From contig JAHFKK010000001.1 in NCBI GenBank assembly GCA_023245335.1, positions 491,282 to 555,281 of the forward strand: a DNA stretch of 64,000 bases, read 5' to 3'. The notes under the pieces are model-generated. The model made no database searches, had not been told where the DNA came from, and saw only the letters and a list, made by a program, of their open reading frames with translations. The DNA is from Candidatus Gottesmanbacteria bacterium. GTDB taxonomy: Bacteria > Patescibacteriota > Microgenomatia > UBA10105 > UBA927. The position numbers and the translations under genes are program-made. This document shows, in pieces, positions 55,886 to 64,000 of this stretch (position 1 is its first letter; the number at the start of each line of letters is the position of its first letter).

Positions 55886-56959
55886 TTACGACATGTTTTT
55901 GTTTTGTTTGACGGGTAAACGGACAGTAAACGTGGTTCCTTTTTTCAGTATACTGACAACCTGTATGGATCCCTGATGCGACTGTACGATTTTTTTGGCG
56001 ATGGAAAGCCCAAGGCCGTACCCGTCTGCATGGACCTTGCTTCGTGCAGTGTCCGCGCGATAAAACCGGTCAAATATTTTTGGCAGATCGGTTTCGTTTA
56101 TCCCTTGTCCGTGGTCAACGACGGATAGAAGTATCGATCCGTCGGTGCGCTTTGAACGCACGGTAATCGTGGATTCTTTGGGGCTATACTTAATTGCGTT
56201 GTCCAAAAGGATAACAAATAGATCCGTCAGGCTGAATTTGTCTCCCTCGATAATAGTAGGTTGCGTCAGATTTTCTATGGAGATCTTTTTTTGTTTTGCG
56301 AGGCTTGAGACTTTTCGGATTGCCGCTTCCGCAATATCGGTGACTTGTGTTTTGGCAAACGCATTGACGATTGAAGGCTTTTCGTATTGTGCAAGCTGGA
56401 GGAGCGCATCCGAAAGCGATTGGAGCTTGTTTACGTCGGTAATACTTTCCTTCATAAGTGTCTTCGCGCCGGCAAGCGTCAGGTCCGGATCCCGGAGATT
56501 TACTTCCATGGAGCTTTTGAGCGCAGTAAGCGGCGTACGCAGTTCATGAGACGCGTCGGAAATGAACCGATGCTGCTCATCAACCATTTCGGCGATGGGC
56601 TTTAGGGTCCGGCCGGCCAAGAAATACCCGAGCCCGCCGGATAGAACTAAAACGCCAACATTGACGATGGTAAGAAACCCGATTACCCGCTGCTGTACTT
56701 CGCTCACCAATGCGTCATCAAACACGACGGGGAGTGGGGCGATTTGTCCATCATCGGGGGGCAAAGGCGCCATATTTGAGTTCAGTCCATGTTCTATGCG
56801 AACCCGCTGTACGCGCGCGAAACGCTCGACCTCGGCGGAAAACATGCGGTAAATGACCGTACTGAAGGAGAGACTTATCACCATGATGATAAGGAGATAC
56901 CATGCGGTCAGTTTGAGTCGTGCAGAATGAAACATAGGCTTATCCCAGTTTATACCCAA
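55886..56959 (-). CDS. Sensor histidine kinase (HisKA + HATPase_c)
   Basis: H-box 'SHELRTPLTAL', N-box 'DNAIKYS', G1 'DHGQGI', G2 'GYGLGLSI'. Confidence 0.9.
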   Translation of the reverse strand: MGINWDKPMFHSARLKLTAWYLLIIMVISLSFSTVIYRMFSAEVERFARVQRVRIEHGLNSNMAPLPPDDGQIAPLPVVFDDALVSEVQQRVIGFLTIVNVGVLVLSGGLGYFLAGRTLKPIAEMVDEQHRFISDASHELRTPLTALKSSMEVNLRDPDLTLAGAKTLMKESITDVNKLQSLSDALLQLAQYEKPSIVNAFAKTQVTDIAEAAIRKVSSLAKQKKISIENLTQPTIIEGDKFSLTDLFVILLDNAIKYSPKESTITVRSKRTDGSILLSVVDHGQGINETDLPKIFDRFYRADTARSKVHADGYGLGLSIAKKIVQSHQGSIQVVSILKKGTTFTVRLPVKQNKNMS

Positions 56960-57611
56960 AACCTCTCACCGTCTGTATGAGAGGCTTTCCTGATGTAAAC
57001 GGGTGGTCGATTTTATTCCGGAGGTTTCTGATATAGACCTCGACCGTGTTGGGGAGGATGTCTGCTTCGTAGTCCCACACGTGACTGATGATTTGTTCTT
57101 TGGTTATGACGGTTTTGGCATGCCGAAGGAGAAATTCAAGTAATGCAAATTCCTTATTGGACAGATTGATTTGCCGTTTGCCCCTTGTTACTTCATAGGT
57201 GACGGTATTGAGCGTCAAATCCGCGACTCGGAGCGTTTCCGAGAGTGTGGTCTTCGGCCGTCGTATGAGTGCTCGTACTCTCGCAAGAAGTTCTTCAAAG
57301 GAAAACGGCTTCGTCAGATAATCGTCAGCTCCCGAATCCAAGCCTTCTACCTTATCACGAATCTGTCCTTTGGCGGTAAGCATGAGGATCGGCGTGTGTA
57401 TTTGTTTCGCGCGAAGCTCCTTACACACCGTGATGCCGTCCATGCCGGGTAAAAGAAGGTCTAGGAGGATGAGATCATACTCTTCTGACGAGGCAAGATC
57501 AAACCCGTCGGAGCCGGTATAGGCTACGTCAACCGCGTATTTTTCCTGTTCTAGTCCTTTTTTGATGGAATTCGCGATCCTATGTTCGTCTTCCACCACA
57601 AGAATTCTCAT
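56940..57611 (-). CDS. OmpR-family response regulator
   Basis: 'MRILVVEDEH', 'LILLDLLLPGMDG', 'LTAKG', winged-helix C-terminus 'VRGFGYKL'. Confidence 0.9.
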   Translation of the reverse strand: MRILVVEDEHRIANSIKKGLEQEKYAVDVAYTGSDGFDLASSEEYDLILLDLLLPGMDGITVCKELRAKQIHTPILMLTAKGQIRDKVEGLDSGADDYLTKPFSFEELLARVRALIRRPKTTLSETLRVADLTLNTVTYEVTRGKRQINLSNKEFALLEFLLRHAKTVITKEQIISHVWDYEADILPNTVEVYIRNLRNKIDHPFTSGKPLIQTVRGFGYKLG

Positions 57612-57652
57612 GCCTTCTATTATACTCCCGAGGCTGAAAACGAGCTGAAGAA

Positions 57653-58030
57653 TTACTGTTGTCCGAAGAATTGGATAAGGTTGCCTTCCGGATCCGCGAT
57701 TGTCATGCACCAGAAGCCTCCGGGCGGGCCGGCGAACGGTTTGGCGATGATCGTGACTTTTTTGGCTTTGAGTTCTTTATATACCTCGGTTACACTTTTG
57801 ACGTTGAATCCGATCATGATGCGGTAGGGATCTTTGTTTTTGCCTTTTACCTTGTTGTGCTTACCGACATAGAAGTATGTCGGAGCAAAGTCAAAATCCA
57901 CCCCGGTATCGTCCGGAAGGGTGAGTCGGCGCTGTACTTTGAAGCCGAGTATACTCTCATACCATGCGGCGAGCTTTTCGTAATCCGGCGACCAAAGGCA
58001 CACGGAAATGTCTTTGTTTATGAGTTTCAT
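57653..58030 (-). CDS. VOC-family (glyoxalase/bleomycin-resistance-like) protein
   Basis: Paired beta-alpha-beta-beta-beta modules; 'DPEGNLIQFF' C-terminal motif. Confidence 0.65.
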   Translation of the reverse strand: MKLINKDISVCLWSPDYEKLAAWYESILGFKVQRRLTLPDDTGVDFDFAPTYFYVGKHNKVKGKNKDPYRIMIGFNVKSVTEVYKELKAKKVTIIAKPFAGPPGGFWCMTIADPEGNLIQFFGQQ

Positions 58031-58113
58031 AATACCGCTCTATGATAGTGCTTGTCAGAAAGAAGTCAATCGCCGTCATGGTATGATAGAGAGAAGAAGG
58101 GAGTAAGGGATAT

Positions 58114-58320
58114 ATGAAGATGAAAATGAATGAATTGGATTGGGCGACGTGGGTATTTGTGGTCATCGGCGCTCTAAACTGGGGTCTGGTCGGTGCCTTC
58201 AAGTTTGATGTCATCATGTTAGTCTTGGGTACGAGTCCCGCACTCGTCGAACTTGTTTATATACTCGTCGGATTATCAGGCCTGTATTGGCTTTATAAGA
58301 TGATCACGATGAAGAAATGA
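58114..58320 (+). CDS. DUF378 small membrane protein
   Basis: 'VFVVIGALNWGLVGAF' is the hallmark of DUF378. Confidence 0.75.
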   Translation: MKMKMNELDWATWVFVVIGALNWGLVGAFKFDVIMLVLGTSPALVELVYILVGLSGLYWLYKMITMKK

Positions 58321-58323
58321 GAA

Positions 58324-59085
58324 GTGTATGATACTATACGCTTCATGAAGAAACTCCTGGGTATATTCGCTCATCCTGACGACGAATCCATCGCTTCAGG
58401 TGGAACGATCGCCAAATACGCAAAGGCAGGTTGGCAAGTCGACCTTGTTACCGCGACGAGGGGGGAATCGGGGGGAAGCGGAGAGGTCAGAGCCAAAGAG
58501 CTCGCGGAAGCAGCAGAACACCTTGGTATCCGGTCCGTCACGTTTTTGGATTATAAGGATGGCCAGCTTGCAGGGAAAGTTGCCGGAGAAATCGAAGATA
58601 CGATCGTACGGCTTTTGGAAGACATGAAACCTGATGTCATCCTGACGCATGAGCCGGCGGGGATAACGCATCATCCTGACCACATCAAGCTGTCGCTTGC
58701 TGCGACCTTCGCATTCCAAAAATACGCCTGGACCAGGCATGAAGCGAATCCGGACGACGATAATCCGCCCAAATTGTATTATGCGTGTTTCCCGGAGACG
58801 ATCATTTCGTACGTCGTGAAGCATAAATATTTTCCGGCAGAGTTATTCGGCAAACCGTGTATGGGCGTTGACGATAAGCGGGTTACGACGGTCATTAACA
58901 TCAAGAAGTTCAGTGCCGCAAAACAAAAAGCTCTGGAGTCGCATGCGACCCAGCGATCATTGTTGTCAAAATATTTGGATATTCCGCGTAATCCGTTTAT
59001 GAATCAGGAATATTTCATACTTCGGATGGTCGGGCTCGTCGAAGTATTCATGGGGAAAAACGACCGCATATCGGATCGTCTATGA
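58324..59085 (+). CDS. PIG-L/LmbE-family N-acetylglucosaminyl deacetylase (BshB-like)
   Basis: 'LGIFAHPDDESI' and 'HPDH' zinc-binding motifs. Confidence 0.8.
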   Translation: MYDTIRFMKKLLGIFAHPDDESIASGGTIAKYAKAGWQVDLVTATRGESGGSGEVRAKELAEAAEHLGIRSVTFLDYKDGQLAGKVAGEIEDTIVRLLEDMKPDVILTHEPAGITHHPDHIKLSLAATFAFQKYAWTRHEANPDDDNPPKLYYACFPETIISYVVKHKYFPAELFGKPCMGVDDKRVTTVINIKKFSAAKQKALESHATQRSLLSKYLDIPRNPFMNQEYFILRMVGLVEVFMGKNDRISDRL

Positions 59086-59915
59086 AACAAAAGTCTTCTA
59101 AAATGTCAACGCTTGTTATATCGCATCTGGTTGCGTCCATAGAGGAGAAAGAAATACTGCATGGCGTATCTCTTACGGTTCGTGGAGGAGAGGTGCATGC
59201 CATCATGGGTCCCAACGGCAGCGGCAAATCGACACTCGCATCCGTGTTGTTAGGACATCCGGCGTACGCAGTAAACAGGAACCAGAAAGCAGGAAACACA
59301 AAGATAATCCTTGACGGAAAGAATTTATTTTCATTGCCGACAGAGAAACGGGCCCTGGCTGGTTTATTTTTGGCCTTCCAGTCACCGATCGCTATACAGG
59401 GAGTGACCGTTATGAATTTACTCAGGACATCGTATCAGGCACGTTTTCATGGGGATGGTTCGCAGGCGCCATCAGTGCAAAATCCGGTACTCGCCCGACG
59501 TACGCTTGTCGGCGGTTTGCCTATCGCTGATTTCATGGCGCTCGTCGGAGATTATGCGCGCCGCCTGAATCTCGATGAGTCCCTGTTGAGGCGGGGAATC
59601 CATGACGGTTTCTCCGGAGGGGAAAAGAAAAAAATAGAAATGCTGCAAGCTCTCGTCCTCCGCCCGAAATTTGCGGTCTTTGATGAAATCGATACGGGAT
59701 TGGATGTTGATGCGCTGAAAGCGGTATCCATGGGGATTTCGCTTCTTAGGAAATCAGGTGTCGGTATCATCATCATCACCCACTATCAGCGGATACTCAA
59801 ATACGTTAAACCTGATTACGTCCATATACTTGTTTCCGGTAACGTCGTCAAAACCGGAAGCGCCGCACTTGCCAAAAAAATAGAAGATTCCGGATATAAG
59901 GAATTTACCGGCTAA
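59082..59915 (+). CDS. sufC: Fe-S cluster assembly ATPase SufC
   Basis: Walker A 'GPNGSGKST', 'GFSGGEKKK', Walker B 'FAVFDEIDTGLD'; ATGA overlap with the upstream gene (alternative start 59103). Confidence 0.9.
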   Translation: MKQKSSKMSTLVISHLVASIEEKEILHGVSLTVRGGEVHAIMGPNGSGKSTLASVLLGHPAYAVNRNQKAGNTKIILDGKNLFSLPTEKRALAGLFLAFQSPIAIQGVTVMNLLRTSYQARFHGDGSQAPSVQNPVLARRTLVGGLPIADFMALVGDYARRLNLDESLLRRGIHDGFSGGEKKKIEMLQALVLRPKFAVFDEIDTGLDVDALKAVSMGISLLRKSGVGIIIITHYQRILKYVKPDYVHILVSGNVVKTGSAALAKKIEDSGYKEFTG

Positions 59916-59947
59916 ACGATGGTGTCTAGTCCGCCGTCATACTTCAT

Positions 59948-61342
59948 ATGAACACACAGCCGCCAGTGGGGAATTATAAGTACGGGTTTCACAAACCCGA
60001 GCACTACGTGTTTAAATCCGAGCGCGGATTGACGGAAGACGTCGTCCGGCAGGTGAGCGCACATAAGGGTGAACCGGATTGGATGCGCGATCGGCGATTG
60101 ACCGCGCTGTCCGTTTACGGGAAAAAGCCGTTGCCTTTGTGGGGAGCGGATCTTACGGCTATTAAGTTTGACGACATTTACTACTACATAAAGCCGACGA
60201 AAGACAAAGTGTCAGACTGGAAAGATCTGCCGCCTGAGATACGGGATACGTATGACCGGATCGGGATTCCGGAAGCAGAAAAAAAGTTTCTTGCCGGGGT
60301 GTCGGCCCAATACGAATCCGAGGTCGTCTATAAGAGTATCCAGGATACTCTCTCGAAAAAAGGCGTCGTGTTTTTGGATATGGATTCCGGGCTGAAGGAA
60401 TATCCGGATATCGTGCGGCAGTATTTTGGCACCATCATACCCACAGGGGACAATAAATTCGCGGCGCTTAATACTAGTGTCTGGTCCGGCGGGTCGTTTG
60501 TGTATGTCCCCAAAGGCGTGCATGTTGATTTACCGCTTCAGGCATATTTCCGTATTAATGCGGCGAATATGGGACAGTTTGAGCGGACGCTCATCGTTGC
60601 CGAAGAAGGAAGTTTTGTGCATTACGTCGAAGGATGTACGGCTCCCATTTACACAACCGATTCGCTGCACTCGGCGGTTGTCGAAATTATCGTGAAGAAA
60701 GGGGCGCGCGTGCGATATACCACGATCCAGAATTGGAGTACGAATGTCTATAACCTCGTCACCAAGCGGGCCCGGGTCGAAGAGGAAGGGACGATGGAAT
60801 GGGTGGACGGAAATTTAGGCAGCAAAGTAACGATGAAATATCCGAGCGTATATCTTATGGGAAGAAAAGCCCGCGGAGAAGTGCTTTCCATAGCATACGC
60901 GGGAGCACATCAGCATCAGGACGCAGGAGGGAAGGCAATCCATTTTGCACCAGAGACGACGTCGCAGATTATTTCCAAATCCATAAGTAGCGGCGGCGGA
61001 CGCACGTCGTATCGAGGGTTGGTGCACGTGTACCCCGGTGCAAAAAATGCGAAGTCCAAGGTCGTCTGCGACGCACTTATTTTGGATGAACGGTCCCGTT
61101 CGGATACGTATCCGACGATGAAAATAGATGAACAAAACGTTCAGATAGAACATGAGGCGACGGTGTCGAAAATCGGGGATGAGCAGTTATTTTATCTCAC
61201 GAGCCGCGGCGTCACCAAAGAGCAGGCGCAATCAATGATCGTCAACGGGTTTATAGAGCCGATCGTCAAAGAGTTGCCGCTTGAATATGCGGTCGAGATG
61301 AACCGGCTCATAGAACTTCAGATGGAAGGGTCGGTGGGATAA
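59948..61342 (+). CDS. sufB: Fe-S cluster assembly scaffold SufB
   Basis: 464 aa with conserved 'HYVEGCTAP', '[10 protein letters not shown]', 'HEATVSKI'. Confidence 0.9.
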   Translation: MNTQPPVGNYKYGFHKPEHYVFKSERGLTEDVVRQVSAHKGEPDWMRDRRLTALSVYGKKPLPLWGADLTAIKFDDIYYYIKPTKDKVSDWKDLPPEIRDTYDRIGIPEAEKKFLAGVSAQYESEVVYKSIQDTLSKKGVVFLDMDSGLKEYPDIVRQYFGTIIPTGDNKFAALNTSVWSGGSFVYVPKGVHVDLPLQAYFRINAANMGQFERTLIVAEEGSFVHYVEGCTAPIYTTDSLHSAVVEIIVKKGARVRYTTIQNWSTNVYNLVTKRARVEEEGTMEWVDGNLGSKVTMKYPSVYLMGRKARGEVLSIAYAGAHQHQDAGGKAIHFAPETTSQIISKSISSGGGRTSYRGLVHVYPGAKNAKSKVVCDALILDERSRSDTYPTMKIDEQNVQIEHEATVSKIGDEQLFYLTSRGVTKEQAQSMIVNGFIEPIVKELPLEYAVEMNRLIELQMEGSVG

Positions 61343-61346
61343 AGGC

Positions 61347-61976
61347 ATGAAGCGCATACACAATAATCAGGTTATTGTTGAACGGGTGGGTGGAGAAGGA
61401 TTGCAGCAAGAATATATAGTGGGGAAGGACGCATCTCTCACGCTCATCCTTATGGTCCGGGTGAGCGGCGTAGTTTCCCTTACTCCCTCTGTGACATTAA
61501 AGGGTCCCGGATCCAGTGCAACTATCCTCGGCGTCATATACGGCACAGGCAAAGGGGTAGTCAACATTACGACATTACAGCACCACGAGGCTCCCAATAC
61601 CACCAGTAACCTTCTTATAAAAAGCGTTATGACGGAGGAAAGCATGTGTCGCTACGAGGGGAGCATTCTGGTAGATAAGCGGGCGCAAAAAACAAACGCC
61701 TATCAACGGAACGAAAATTTACTTTTAGGGGATCATGCGCATGCCACGAGTAAGCCGGCGCTTGAGATACTCGCAAACGATGTCCGGTGTACGCATGGCG
61801 CCCTTGTGAAGACACTTGATGCGGACGAGTTGTGGTATGCCGCGACCCGCGGTATAGGAGGTACGGCTGCGAGGTACATGATTCTGAACGGATTCCTTTT
61901 AAGTACGTTCGACGGAATTGCTGATACAATAGTTCGGGAAGAAGCATACAGAGAAACTCTGTCACTTGTGGCATAA
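61347..61976 (+). CDS. sufD: SufD, short form (C-terminal beta-helix core only)
   Basis: 'KGPGSSATILGV...QRNENLLLGDHAHATSKPALEILANDVRCTHGA' SufBD-family C-terminal core; only 209 aa. Confidence 0.7.
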   Translation: MKRIHNNQVIVERVGGEGLQQEYIVGKDASLTLILMVRVSGVVSLTPSVTLKGPGSSATILGVIYGTGKGVVNITTLQHHEAPNTTSNLLIKSVMTEESMCRYEGSILVDKRAQKTNAYQRNENLLLGDHAHATSKPALEILANDVRCTHGALVKTLDADELWYAATRGIGGTAARYMILNGFLLSTFDGIADTIVREEAYRETLSLVA

Positions 61977-61982
61977 AAGAAT

Positions 61983-62303
61983 ATGACTATGGATACCTTC
62001 GTTTTCGTAGCGAATGTAAGTGATCTCACACCCGGATCAATGAAAACTGTGATAATATCTGGAGGAAAATCGTTGGCACTGGCAAACGTCGACGGTGAGT
62101 TTTTCGCGATAGATGACACCTGTACTCACGAGCAGTGTTCGTTGGGCACGGAAGGAGCACTGGACGGTTCCGTCGTCATCTGCGGGTGTCACGGAGCAAA
62201 TTTTGATGTGACGACCGGTAAAGTTCTGGCTTTGCCCGCGCCGACTGATGTCGCTAGCTACGAAGTGAAGATAGAAAACGGTCAGGTGTTTGTGAAACTA
62301 TGA
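61983..62303 (+). CDS. Rieske [2Fe-2S] ferredoxin embedded in the suf operon
   Basis: 'CTHEQC' (CxH) and 'CGCHG' (CxxH) boxes. Confidence 0.8.
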   Translation: MTMDTFVFVANVSDLTPGSMKTVIISGGKSLALANVDGEFFAIDDTCTHEQCSLGTEGALDGSVVICGCHGANFDVTTGKVLALPAPTDVASYEVKIENGQVFVKL

Positions 62304-63535
62304 GTATGTTTGACGCAAAAACCATTCAGAAGGATTTTCCTCAATTACAAAGGAAAATTCACGGTAAACGAATCGTCTATCTTGATTCGACCGCAACATC
62401 GTTAAAGCCCCAATCCGTCATTGATAAAGAAGACGAATATTATACCCTTTATACCGCTAATGTTTTTCGCGGTATCTATACAACGAGCGAAGAGGCAACT
62501 GCCGCATACGAACATGCGAGAGACGTAGCGGCGACCCTTATTCATGCCAAGATGAGCGAAGAGATAGTATTTACCCGGAACACGAGCGAATCCATCAACC
62601 TTGTCGCATATAGTTTGTTGCTTCATGACATATCACCGGGTGAGCGGATCGTGACCACAATCATGGAGCATCACTCCAACTTCGTGCCGTGGCAACAGCT
62701 GGGAAAAGAGAGGGGAGTTGCGGTCGATATTTGGAACCTGACGCCGGAGGGGGAACTTGACTTGGGAGACTTGGAAAAGCTTGTTACCCGGAAAACCCGA
62801 ATAGTCGCAGTAACTGCCGCGTCCAATGTGCTCGGAACCATAAATCCGATATCAAAAATTGTTCGAACAGTGAAACGACTCAATTCGAAGTGTTTAGTGC
62901 TTGTGGATGCGGCGCAAGCAGTCCCTCATATGCCTGTTGATGTCCAGGAGTGGGGAGCGGATTTCGTAGCGTTTTCCAGTCACAAGATGTTGGGGCCAAC
63001 CGGCATTGGAGTACTATGGGCAAACCGTGAACAATTGGATGCTATGCACCCGTTTAACTACGGAGGTGAGATGATATCCGAAGTCCATGTGGATCGGACA
63101 GTCTTTAAGCCCGCTCCGCATAAATTTGAAGCAGGTACGCCGCATATTGCAGGTGTCATCGGATTCGGAGCCGCAGTAGAGTATCTTATGAAGCTCGGTT
63201 TGGATAATGTCCGGGCTCACGAAGAGGCGTTAGTGGCCTATGCCATCGAGCAATTCAGCCGCATGTCGGAGGTAAAGTATCTGGGCCCCCAGGACGCAAA
63301 AAAGCGAGGAGGCGTTTTTGCGATGACGATGAAGGGTGCGCATCCCCATGATATAGCGCAGATTCTCAATGAAGATAACGTCTTTGTGCGGGCCGGCAAT
63401 CACTGTGCTATGCCGCTCCATGAAAATTTGGGTGTCGCCTCAACCGTACGTGCGTCATTTTATGTTTATACGGCAAAAGAAGATATAGACGTGTTGATGG
63501 AATCCCTCGGAAAAGTGAAAAAAATATTCGGCTGA
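62300..63535 (+). CDS. sufS: Cysteine desulfurase SufS
   Basis: PLP lysine 'FSSHKMLGPTGIGVL', C-terminal 'RAGNHCAMP' catalytic Cys. Confidence 0.9.
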   Translation: MSMFDAKTIQKDFPQLQRKIHGKRIVYLDSTATSLKPQSVIDKEDEYYTLYTANVFRGIYTTSEEATAAYEHARDVAATLIHAKMSEEIVFTRNTSESINLVAYSLLLHDISPGERIVTTIMEHHSNFVPWQQLGKERGVAVDIWNLTPEGELDLGDLEKLVTRKTRIVAVTAASNVLGTINPISKIVRTVKRLNSKCLVLVDAAQAVPHMPVDVQEWGADFVAFSSHKMLGPTGIGVLWANREQLDAMHPFNYGGEMISEVHVDRTVFKPAPHKFEAGTPHIAGVIGFGAAVEYLMKLGLDNVRAHEEALVAYAIEQFSRMSEVKYLGPQDAKKRGGVFAMTMKGAHPHDIAQILNEDNVFVRAGNHCAMPLHENLGVASTVRASFYVYTAKEDIDVLMESLGKVKKIFG

Positions 63536-63557
63536 ATGAGCCGCCACAGGAGAATGC

Positions 63558-63935
63558 ATGGATTTGTATCGCGAAACCATCCTTGACCATTATAAAAACC
63601 CGCGGAATTTCGGGCATCTTTCGGGTGCAAACGTCACGAGTGAAGAAATAAACGTGAGCTGCGGAGATCGTATCGCCATAGAAATGCGCATTGAGTCTAG
63701 AGGGAAGGCGAGGATCGTTTCTGATATCCGATTTTTCGGAGAGGGGTGCGCTATAAACCAGGCCAGCGCTTCCATGCTCACGGAAAAAGTAAAAGGCTTG
63801 GATACGCGCCGCGTCATGAGGATATCGCTTGATGATATCCAAACAATGCTCGGTACGACGCTCACTCCCTCGCGGGTCAAATGCGCAATCCTTCCATTAG
63901 AAGCGATCCAAAAAGCTATACGATCCTTGAGCTGA
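63558..63935 (+). CDS. sufU: SufU/IscU-like sulfur-transfer scaffold
   Basis: 'NVSCGD', 'FFGEGCAIN', 'VKCAILP' three-Cys pattern. Confidence 0.8.
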   Translation: MDLYRETILDHYKNPRNFGHLSGANVTSEEINVSCGDRIAIEMRIESRGKARIVSDIRFFGEGCAINQASASMLTEKVKGLDTRRVMRISLDDIQTMLGTTLTPSRVKCAILPLEAIQKAIRSLS

Positions 63936-64000
63936 CGGCTGTTTTTAGGATCATAATTTTGATATAGTCGTACGTAGTATATGGATAATAATGATCCGAA

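Noticed and set aside
1-64000. CRISPR arrays, IS elements/transposases, integrases, rRNA genes
   Set aside because: No direct-repeat/spacer periodicity, no DDE/tyrosine-recombinase-like ORFs and no rRNA-like conserved blocks were seen anywhere in the window. The only mobility signature is compositional (34.2-35.5 kb).

Overview
This 64 kb window from a compact bacterial genome (about 50-55% GC) is gene-dense and mostly housekeeping. The lineage cannot be fixed from sequence alone; the gene set suggests Firmicutes-like or CPR-like. Core genes include secF (3' fragment), cca, recJ, aspS, a PBP5-type D,D-carboxypeptidase, gltX, era, greA, engB and a sufCBD-Rieske-sufS-sufU operon. Interspersed accessory genes include two ABC exporters with MarR and two-component regulation, MFS and EamA transporters, tandem alkaline-phosphatase-superfamily paralogs, a large PKD-domain surface protein, a peptidase-G1-like secreted protein, an [FeFe]-hydrogenase-like H-domain protein and a tRNA-Gln. 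The best candidates for an undescribed system are: (1) a sharply AT-rich two-gene island (a PIN-like nuclease plus a 91-aa partner) immediately upstream of a Dda/RecD-like SF1 helicase; (2) an FMN-binding protein, an ApbE flavin transferase and an RnfD-like membrane protein fused to an FNR-type FAD/NAD domain, which together look like a flavin-based trans-membrane electron-transfer module; (3) an AspRS carrying a C-terminal YbaK/ProX-type deacylase domain, preceded by an atypically long 1.6 kb non-coding stretch that holds several intrinsic terminators and a T-box-like leader. No CRISPR array, transposase or rRNA was found.
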